A DNA stretch of 64,000 nucleotides from the human T2T-CHM13v2.0 reference genome, Homo sapiens. The stretch lies in NCBI RefSeq assembly GCF_009914755.1, contig NC_060928.1. The stretch is one strand, 5' to 3'. Numbering within the stretch: the first letter of the stretch is position 1; every line of letters starts with the position of its first letter. The notes under the pieces are model-generated. The model was not told the DNA's origin and did not search any database. It saw only the letters and a list, made by a program, of their open reading frames with translations. Made by a program: the position numbers and the translations under genes. Positions 16,394 through 28,943 of the stretch are shown one piece after another.

Positions 16394-17472
16394 TGGGGTG
16401 AAGTCTCCGAAGATTAACACGACCCAAGGTCTGTGAAGGTCCCTTCTCAGCCCTGAGCCACAAAGATTAACATTCTCAAGTAATAATTACGTGCCTTAAA
16501 TTTATACTAAGATTAATATGAAACAAAAGTATGCTGTGGTTGCTTGAAAGGTTAATGTAATCTGAAATTGTAGTAACAGAAGTGATGGTAGGCCTGGTCC
16601 TTTGGGAAATAGCAAGTTCAACTGCAGTCTGTCCAGCTTAGACCATAGTACTGACTGCAATCCACAGAGTATTTGGCAGATGTTAACCAGGAATGTACAG
16701 AATAGCTGGAAACCATGTTAAAGACAAATGTTGACAGGAAAGAAAACAAACAAACAAACAAAACCAGGGTATTCAGTCTAAATTAAAAATAAGGGAAGAT
16801 GACAGTTAACTCCAAATATCTAAATGGCCATCAAGTAGCAGAATGGCCTTGTTTAATTATGTTCTAGAAGGAAAAACTGGAATCAGGTGTTACACAGAAA
16901 GGGCTTTAGCTTAGCATTTCTAAGAGCTATTAGGCAGCCTTCAAGGGTAATGAACTGTTTTGCTTGATGTATCTGGTTAGGGAGGATAGCCATTAAAATT
17001 ACTTCTAAGTATATGCGAGTACCTTATAAACCTAAAATTCTAGAATTAAGTCATATGCCGTACAAAAAACTTGAGTATAGAATGCTTTTGGATTCTAGCT
17101 AAATTGGTTTATTGTAGGGCATCTTTTGTCCCATTTCTCACAAGTTGTGTTAATTTCCTGACATTTGCAGGGTCAATGGTTCTACTTACTGATGGCTTTC
17201 TTTCCTTATACCATAATGCAACAAGCAGTTCACCTATTCCAAGTTGAGAGATAAGGAAGGTGACCTCTTCAGGTAATCTCCAAAAAACTTTTTAATTTTC
17301 TTGTTGTATAGCACAAATAAATTATTTGATAGTCATAGCTCTATGTGAACAAAGGAAACTAACAACTTTGCTGTTCAGCTGCCAAATTTGTAAGATAAGG
17401 AGGTTGAGAGAAGACCATTTTTAAAAGCCACAACTTTGTCAATAACATCAATGGTAAGAATCTTCAGCTTTA

Positions 17473-17779
<307 letters not shown>

Positions 17780-19149
17780 GAATTTTCAGCTTTGGTCAGA
17801 TGTAGGCAGGCTAGAACAACTGGAGATGGTGGGGGATAGACATCATGATAAAAACTCAACTTGCTCTTTCTATGTGGCCATTCTCAATGCACACCCATGA
17901 TTCCTAGAAGCTCTGCCAAATACCAAACTTTATTCTAGATATCTGAAAACTCTAACACGTAACAGTTTCTCTGTAAGAAAACCTAATGGTCTAACTTCAC
18001 ATTTTACACAGCCCAAGATTAAATAATACGTTACACCACTCTGAGACCTACTTAAAATTGGATGGTCAGATTATAAAGATACACAACAACTTACAAACTA
18101 CACTTGCAGCTTAAATTAACAAGCAAAATATTCCTCTGGTGAGAGCTGCCATTTCAGTGAGAACAGTCTGACCAAGTACTTAGACTTTTTCAACATAACT
18201 TTAAGACATTCTGGCAATGTTGCCAATGCTTAATGTTGCATGAATATCTAACCAATATTTAAATGTAACCTGAAGTATTATTCCACCATGTAAATTATTC
18301 CATGGGAACAAAATGAGGCACTTATAGAAGGCACATTAACTTTTTCAAGCCACTAGGCATCATTTAGTAACACCTACCTACACTAAAAAGCATACTAGTT
18401 AGCTTCAAAGAGTTAACTTGCCCAACTCCCTAAGTCACATGCTAGTTACCAAGTATATTTAAATGCCAGGCACACACCTATATATTTCCTTTAACACTTA
18501 AAAACTTATAAAGGTAGGAGGGGAAGAAGAGGGAAGTCCAGACTAATGAGTACAGTATTTAGTCTTCATATGAAAATAACTGATTAAAAAACATTTTATG
18601 GGCCACATAAAACACCTCAATTTTCATTCCAAAATGAATGTAGACAAGTTTTCAACTTGTCTACTGCCTGTCATAGAAAATGGAAGGTCAAATGTACATT
18701 TTAACACACTATACAAATTATTTTGTATACTGCATAAAACTTCCATCACTAAGAATTTTGTTAAACTGAGATCTAAAATATGCTTTCCTCTTACCTAATA
18801 CTAATAAACGTGTTTGAGAAGCTAGAAGTATAATAAAAACATCTGACAAAAATGTAGTTAATAAATTATGAGCCTTATGAAAGGAACTCTAAGAAAGACA
18901 AGTAGAGAGCTCTCCTTTCATTATTCTCTCTTTTGGGGTCCAGTTTCAAATGATCACTACACACATTTTACCCCTTTTAGATTGATCACATCCTGATTAA
19001 CCTAACAAAGCGCTAAGCCATGCTCTTAAAAATACTGCTTTAACAGCTACTTTTCCTAAGGAGTACTCCTGGTAGAAAGATACTAAATATGTAGTAACAG
19101 TATAATTATAATAATAAAAAAGCTCCACACTTGAAAAACAACTATATTT

Positions 19150-19209
19150 AGAGACTAGAACAAAGATACCAAAGGGCTTTGGCCAAAATTAGTATAAATA
19201 GACTTTATT
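19150..19209 (-). terminator. Polyadenylation signal and downstream U/GU-rich element
   Basis: AATAAA (plus strand tttatt 19204-19209) followed on minus strand by TTTTGG...CTTTGGTATCTTTGTT. Confidence 0.8.
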
Positions 19210-19637
19210 GAAGTCAGTGCCTCTGTACTGAGACAGAAGATTGTGTCTACATAAGCACAAGTTGTAACATTTCACAACTTCTAAAAGGAATGTCAACAAT
19301 TACAACGATCATGCATACCATGGTCGATAATCACATTTTAGAAGCATTTTCAACCATTTCTAAAGAAATGCTTATAACATTGTTATATATAGAACTACTT
19401 TCAATAAACTGCAAAACATTGATCGACTTTTCCAGTATGAGCTACAGTGTCAACACAAAAGGGAGGCATAAATGTTTAATTTATGAAATCAGAATGGAAT
19501 ATTTACTGTAAAGAAAAATTAAAAAGCTTTCAAATAAAGGCCATTATCGAACCAACGTGAAGAGCACAACTCGAACTTTTGAGTTCATTCATCTTTTAAA
19601 GCTGTCCTCTCAATAACTTCAGTTCTAAGCACTGAAT
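19186..19637 (-). other. DHX15: DHX15 3'UTR
   Basis: Lies between the stop codon and AATAAA; repeat-free; cleavage position estimated. Confidence 0.85.
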
Positions 19638-19793
<156 letters not shown>

Positions 19794-20754
19794 TTAATTG
19801 AAGTACTGGAGTTGTTAATAGGATAGGCATTATTCATTAATATACTGATGAACCAAGGCAAATCTATGAATTCAAGTCTCAGAAAAATACAAATAACTAA
19901 TCCTTACAAATAGCACTTTTAGAAATGTGTTAAGTATTTTATTTAGTAAGATGTGAATTTTCTGATGTTGGACTTACCATAAACTTAATAACAAACCCCT
20001 CAAGATACATTAATGTAAAGATAACAGATAAAGTCACTGATTTCTTTACTCTGGCACACTATTAATTTGCCACTCCAAGGATATAGTAATATATAACAGG
20101 TTCTGTGTAGGAAACATCGTGGTATTCAAATGATTGGATCTTCTCATTTTCAATGTTTTAATAACTGTAACTCTATACCCCCAAAATACACTTGACTGAA
20201 ATCTTTTATAAAGTTTAGCTATATAATTTTTTTCTCAACAAAGCGTTTAAGATAAAATGGTAATGTCCTACACAATTTAAGTGTCAGAAGTCCCAAATCC
20301 GTATAAGAAAGCAGCTGCACAATATAAAGCGGTGACAGCACCTAGAATATGTGCCTTCAGTCCCACTACTCTTGGCTGACATTTCCTGTCATAGGTTATA
20401 GAATAGATTCTGGCATAAATAAAACAAAAAACCATGAAGGTGAGGGTTATTTTGCTTAAAATAAAACAATCCGTTCTTACTCTACATTTTGTAGAAGCTA
20501 GTATGTTAAAACACAAAGAGCTATCATTTTTATGCCTGCACAGTTCCTAAAAACCAATATATAAATAATAAATAGTTGAGGGCTAATTGTAATGGGACAA
20601 AAAAAATGTTAAAAAACAAAACAAAACAAAAAAAAACAGATTTCTGCAAGCAAGAAACAGTACTGACTTGAGAATCACAACAGCAAGAGAATGGCTCCAA
20701 AGAAACTCTAAAAATTAAAAAAATTAAAAAAAAACCCTTTTTTAAAAGTATGTC

Positions 20755-21113
<359 letters not shown>

Positions 21114-21313
21114 TAAATATCAACAATCCCACTGTCCACTTAACAAAGGAAGGGTGTGAAAGATTAATCACACCATCCAGTCAATTCCCTCATACCTACA
21201 CACTGAAATATAAATTCTCAATGAGTGAATGCAAGGCCATGACTCTAGCAACAGTCAGGTTCCATTTTGAGCAAAGTACTAACAAAAAACTGTTAGAACA
21301 AAAGGTGTACTTA

Positions 21314-21505
<192 letters not shown>

Positions 21506-21624
21506 TTATTAATACAATGCTTCTGACTTGCTAGTTGTAAAGCTACCTACATAATTAGGAAGAGGCAGGCCTCCCTTTTACTTTTCATTCTATGGCTATA
21601 CTTATTTATCACTGTCTGATAAAA

Positions 21625-21930
21625 GCAGAGATAAGCAAACTGCTGCCTGTGGGCCAAATCCAATTCATAGCCTCTATTTGTAAGGTCTGTGAATCCAAAA
21701 TGGTTTATTTATCTTTAATTAGAAAGAAAAAATATCATACAAAAAACATTCCGTGAAGCATGAGTAGCATGTAAAATTCAAACTTCAGTATCCATAAGGA
21801 AAGTTTTATTAGAACACAGGCATGCCCATTTGTCTATACCTATTATGCTCCAAGAGCAGGCAGTGTTAGGTAGTTTTGACAAGGACTTCATGGGTCCACA
21901 GAGCCCAACATTTACTATCTGATCTTTCCT
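21625..21930. mobile_element. MER58B-type hAT MITE
   Basis: agcaaactgctgcctgtgggccaaatc...aagttttattagaacacag...acatttactatctg. Confidence 0.7.
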
Positions 21931-22023
21931 GCCTGAGACCATCTAGAGCAGGCTCTTCAGCACTGGGCGCCAACTATGAGCAGACAATTACCAGAACATT
22001 CATGTCTAAGGTAGAAAACTAAA

Positions 22024-22323
22024 GCCAGGTGCAGTAATCCCAGCACTTTGGGAGGCTGAGACAGGCAGATCACCTGAGGTCAGGAGTTCGAGACCAGCCT
22101 GGCCAACACGGTGAAACCTCATCTCTACTAAAAGTACAAAAATTAGACAAGCGTGGTGGCGGGTGTCTGTATCCCAGCTACTCAGGAGGCTGAGGCAGGA
22201 GAATTGCCTGAACCCAGGAGGCGGAGGTTGCAGTGAGCTGAGATCAAGTCACTGCACTCCAGCCTGGGCGACAGACCGAGAGGCTCCATTTCAAAAAAGA
22301 AAATAAAGAAATAGAATAAAAAA
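22024..22323 (+). mobile_element. AluS with short 5' internal deletion
   Basis: gccaggtgcagtaatccc lacks ggctcacgcct; 17-bp TSD taaggtagaaaactaaa at 22007-22023 and 22324-22340. Confidence 0.93.
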
Positions 22324-22617
22324 TAAGGTAGAAAACTAAAGAGGGCAAAGAGGAAAAGAAAAAGGTAACCTACAAAGACAGGAAAATAAAAATGGGAAAA
22401 AAAAAAAGAGCTTGCACGTGCTTCCCTCTCATTTCTTTTTTTGGTAACACCTTGACTGGTGATACTCATCAAAATGGACAGTTCTCCCTTTCCAATTCTA
22501 ATATTCTGTGCTTAAAGAATGAGCATGAATAATAGAAAAGAAACTCAATTTCATTCGAAATATTTACTAAACACCTATTAGGTGTCAGGTACTATAATGC
22601 ATGCTGTTTCTAATAAA

Positions 22618-22745
22618 TTTTTTGTTTGTTTTTAAAAAGAGATAGGGTTTTCCTATGTTGCCTGGGCTGGCTTCAACGCTCCTTGCTCTCCACTCAACTT
22701 CTCTAGTAGCTAGGACTACAAGCACACTCTGTGGTGCCTAGCTGT
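22618..22745 (-). mobile_element. Diverged Alu monomer
   Basis: gagatagggttttcctatgttgcctgggctgg...agtagctaggactacaagc. Confidence 0.65.
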
Positions 22746-22783
22746 TTGTAACAAATTTTAATCTACATAATTAAGAAGTATAA

Positions 22784-23102
<319 letters not shown>

Positions 23103-23146
23103 AGTTTTTTTCTGAAATATAAAAAGCAAATTTAAGAACATGTCAA

Positions 23147-23459
23147 CCCAGGCCTGGTGGCTCACGTCTGTAATCTCAGCACTTTGGGAGGTCGAGGTAG
23201 GAGGATCATTTGAAGCCAGAAGTTCAAGATCAGCCTGGGCAACGTGGCGAGGCCCTCTCTCTACACACACAAAAAGGCAAAAATTAGCTAGGCATAGTGG
23301 TGCGTGCCTGTAGTCCCAGGAACTCAGGAGTCTGAGGTGGGAGGATCACCAGAGCCCAGGGAGGTAAAAGCTGCAGTGAGCCGTGATTGCACCACTGCAC
23401 TCCAGCCTGGGAGTGAGACATTGCCTCCCTCACCCCATCCCCTCCCCCTAAAAAAGAAC
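23147..23459 (+). mobile_element. AluJ
   Basis: Diverged dimer; TSD agaacatgtcaa. Confidence 0.9.
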
Positions 23460-24569
23460 AGAACATGTCAAAGAGAAGCCAGTACAACATATCAAATATT
23501 AAGAATATAGTTAAGAGTTTCAAGAAAGAATGCTCATACCTATCATTCACCAAACTCTAATAAGCCTATTATATAATAAGATGCCACAATAAACACTGTG
23601 TTACTTAGATTCAAATACAGACATCTCACCAATCTCCTTTGATTTTTGATTCTGAAACTGAGTGTCCTCAGGCTCATATTCTAGCTACTGAGCCCATCTG
23701 GCCTTAAGGGTAAGCCACATCGTGCTTAAAAGACACAGCCAAAGAGAGAATGAACAAACAGAAAAGAGATAGAAGAGACTTATCCCAAATCAGGTGATTT
23801 GTTTTCAATTTTATCACCACAAAATTTTCTTGCATTTTTCTCAAAGTTTCTCTTATTTTATAAACACCTTAAAATAACTGTTCACAGTATTTACTTGACA
23901 AGTTTTACTTCTGTTCTTATAGCCGTTAACACAGCATACTTAAACTAAATAAAACCTTTTAAATTATGTTTCATCTTTATTGCTACTCAACAGACGTTTT
24001 TGGCTTTTGCAGTACGCAAGGGTCTTGGTCATAATTACCAATGATCACTCTGTAGAGGACTGTAAATGAAATCCACGTATTTGAATATTTGAATTTGGAG
24101 GTGCTTAGTTTTTAGATAAAGACTAAAGCCAACTGTATGTACTTTTGGATCCGCTCAATTGCTTCCTTTTAGTACTCTGTTATGACAATGTATTTCCAAT
24201 TAAGCCCTAGATTCAGAGAAACTTTAATGCACTGATCAATATTCACATTCCTGAAGAAACAGGTGCCTAATCACATCTGAAAGTAGCCAAAGTTTCCATT
24301 TTGTATAACAAAGGCTCTATTAATAAAATAATTCTAAAAACGATTCCTGTATAACTAGACTACCTTAGCCATTTAGTACATTAATTTGTTACTCATTAAA
24401 TACTTAAAATTTCTTAGTATATTAATTCACTCAAAGAAACTGGATGTACCAACATTTAAGATAAATTTTTATGAGCATGCACAAACTCACTTTTGCTTTT
24501 GAGTGGATTCAAAGGACTGTTAATAGAAATCAGTGTCATATGAATACTTAGTTATTCATTCCCATATTA

Positions 24570-24950
<381 letters not shown>

Positions 24951-27799
24951 TCAACATTAGAAACAGTAACAAGGCTTTTGGATTTGGATGCCAAAACAAT
25001 GCTTTTGAATTAACTGTTTTTAGTGAATTACTTCTCCCATTAACATCCACCTGGTTGTTTCCAAAAGATGGTCTATCAGATAAGGGAAGGCTGGAAGTAT
25101 TTGGTAAAAGTCATGGCCTGTTCATTTTCAATGAAACTACAGCTTTAGATTAAGATAACTGCAAACAATTGTTGTGTATTGTTCTTTATGCCTGACACAG
25201 AGCACCTCAGACTTAAAGACGGCAAAGTTTTATTGCGACACACGTGTCTCTCAGCAATTTATGAGCAAGTCCTGAAACAGAAGAAAGTTTACAAGGATGC
25301 CCGAAACCTCCACTCATGTTTAATAAACAAGACCTAAGTCTAAGCACTTCAAGTAATTTTATTACATGTATTATCAAAAGGATATTTCTCCACTGATGAA
25401 TCCTTGATAAGCTTCCAACTAGCCTAGTGTTGCTCACTTAAAGAGCTCAACCTGTAGCATCATGAAAGAAATTTTACAGTGACATCTTTCATGTGCCAAA
25501 GACAGTCATGGCAAAGAATTGCATTATTTATTTCAGAGGACCTTTGATAAATAAAACTAACAGGGTTATTGTGAAATGGGAGAGAGAAAACAAAAATTAA
25601 AACTGTTGATCCTTCTCTTGCTACTGTGATGTATGCTTATCTTCAGCATACTCTTTTCTCTTTGGTTCTAGGATTCTACCAGTTATAGTGTATAACTCTG
25701 CCTTAATGTTTTTTAGACATAACAAATATATAAGTACATTTTTATCCATTACAAAATGCATCCCCATTTCAGAAATTAAGGATGGGTGAGGTGGAGATAG
25801 GAAATAGATTTTTGAATTAAAGAATACAATAACATATTAGAACACCCATTAATTAATCCACCTGGAATGAGAAATAAAAGTTAACCATCTGAAGCCATTG
25901 ACATTTAAATCAAAGCACTGAATATCTTTGGGAGCTGAAACAGCACACCTTAGAGGTAATTTTACTTATGCTGATGCTCTGTAACAAGCTGAAAGGCAGA
26001 AAAATGCCCAAGCTGGACAATAAAAAGGCAAATTTTTGAAAAGGTTGTTGATTTGCAGACTATGGCTTGAAATGTAGCTTTTTTGTGTGGTTCTCAATTT
26101 TTAGAATTCATGTACTACAGATGGAAAAATTGCAAATCTAAGTTATTTGTTAAGAACAAATGACTAGTAACTAACATCTGATGGTTCTACTGTATTTCTA
26201 AACTTGTGAGAAATAATTGGGTAAATGGGAAAATTAAATCTAAAACTGGGAACATTAATATAATTCTAGCTGTTTATCTCTCACCAATACAGTAAATCAC
26301 CCCTAAGATCTAAAGCCAAACCATTTGTCTGATTTTTAGAGAGAAATCTCCCCTCCCTAGACAGATCAAGGTACTGCAAAATAACTTGAATCTAGTTTTC
26401 GATTTCAAAGGGTTATTTACATAAATAGTATTAAGACAACATTTTAATTGACATGACATTTTAGCTTCACTATGTAATCAACTATTGTCTCTAATGCAAA
26501 ACATCTTGACCAGTATCTGAAACACGCTTTTTTCAAATATACTCAATGTTTCAATTAATAACATACAACCATTTAAAAAGCTTTCGTGAAAATATTCCAA
26601 ATATTTTCATATCCATATATATATGGATATATCGAAATAATAACACGTGGGGATCTGGCAAAGTTTTTTGCTTTTTTTTTTTTTAAGAGCTTCTCTTATT
26701 TGAAAAGGTGGCAATCAGTGATTAAAGGCTAAATCCTCACCTTTAACTAATAAGGACAGCTCTACCAAATGTCAAGTCATCACATACTGCAAACCCCTAA
26801 AAACCACCAATGGCTAATCATCCCTTTGGCAGTGAGAGATCATAGTACCTCTCACTAATAATGCATTTCTTGGGCAAACAATAGACTTGAACTTTTCCAC
26901 CTCTTGTTTACAGGCCACTTGTAGCCTAAGAACCATCATTCATACTTGTCCGTTTTTCTATTTTATTAGTTGTATTTTGATGTAGAAAGTAGTATTTTGA
27001 TGTATTTATCAGAAATAGGTCATACATCTAGTGAGTGGATAACACCATTTTAACTTACTACATCCCCTCTGACTGAATCTGTTCCTTCTCAAGGCTTTAA
27101 TAGGTTATGTATCTCTTGGTCACCCAGCATGTTTCGCATAGAAGAGGAATACAGTAGGTTTTTTGAGTAGATCTGTCTAATCAGGGGTAAGTCTTTAACG
27201 CTAGGTAATACCAGTATTTGGATACAAGAAAGATTAAATAACTGTTCTAAGGTAAACCATGTGCTGGTCTTCAGCCTGTGGTTTCATAACCACATTTCCC
27301 TTAACTCTCATATCTGCCCCCAAGTTTTCTGGGCCTGGGCAGAGAAGGGCTCCATTCTTTCTCACTGCTAGTCATCAATTCTTTTCAACTCATATCAGGG
27401 TTCTGGAGTAAGGAACAGATGTAAATCAAGTTAGGTACTACGTCTGGTGCACACACTGGCCCTCTAGCACTTCTGGACCCCAAGACAAATAAATTCACCA
27501 TCACCCCTACAGAGATGTGCCAAAGTCAACAGGCTCCCCATTTTAAGAGTATAACTGAGATGTTTATGAGATAATAAAAATGAGTTACAAATAAAACCAG
27601 ACATACAAAATTGGAACGTCAACTTTATAAATTAAGAAACCAATTTCTCATGAGAAGAAACTACAAACTTAGTGACAGAATTCCACATTTTTGGCACAGG
27701 GTGATGATGTAGGGCTATCAGTTAAAAAAAAAATGTCAGATCCAGTTGCAATTTCTGTATTTTTTTTCTCCTTTAAATTTATTAAGGTTTCCTCTCAAT

Positions 27800-28550
27800 T
27801 TTTGCAAATGGTACATTCCAACAGCAGCAGCTAGCAATAACTTCATTGTTATTATGTTTCCTCATTTACAAGTCACTGACAAATGTTTTTCAGGTCACTA
27901 AATATTCTATGATAAGATGATTTAAAGCTAGAACAATTACTTCATATGTCTACAGCATAACTCACAATTTTTCCACTGGTGGGCATTTAGGTAGCCAATT
28001 TTTTTTTTACCACCATAAATAATTCTGGTGAAATTATTTAATCAAATCAGTGTCCACAGAATACCAAAAAATAACTTTCTAAATTATTTCTGGGTCAAAG
28101 AGTATACAGTTGCTAAAGTTCCTGGTAACATAAAATCAACTTTTCATAAAGACCACAACTAACCCCACTCCCATACAGCTAAGGAATATTTTTCAATATC
28201 TGCAAATTTTATGTGAGAAAATGGTAATGCCTTTCATTATCAATAATAATGCCAAAATAATAATGCACTTCTTGGGCTAACAGTAGAGCTGAACTTTTCC
28301 ATATCATGTTTAGAGACCACTGGTAGCCTAAGAACCATCATTCATACTTGTCCATTTTTTTCTATTAGTTTTATTTTGGTGTAAAAAGTTCTTTATTAGT
28401 AAAAATGTTAGAGTAATGATTGTATAAACAATATAAAACTATTCTTAAAAATGTAAAATGCACAGAAATAAAAGTATATAAAAACGTGTATGTTAGTGAT
28501 ACATGTTATACAAGTCTGTCATTTTTATCACTGTTATTTTTCAGGTTTTC
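27800..28550. mobile_element. Old L1M fragments
   Basis: gggcatttaggtag..., ttctgggtcaaagagtat..., atatctgcaaattttatgtgagaaaatggta. Confidence 0.55.
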
Positions 28551-28712
28551 TACAATTGGTGCTTTATCCCCTGATTATAAACATAAACAACTTTGAAAAA
28601 GATTGGCAATTTCTATTTTAAATGCTCGTCAGGAGTTTTTCAAAAGTACCTCTGGGTTTCTAATATAAGTTGTCACGGATAATAAATCAAAGTGGGACAA
28701 AGAAACATCTTA

Positions 28713-28943
<231 letters not shown>

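Noticed and set aside
25376-25385. U12-type donor-like ATATCCTTTT on the minus strand (weaker copy at ~20077-20084)
   Set aside because: Deep intronic, no matching exon or U12 branch site seen; all DHX15 introns here are GT-AG U2-type; expected by chance in AT-rich DNA.
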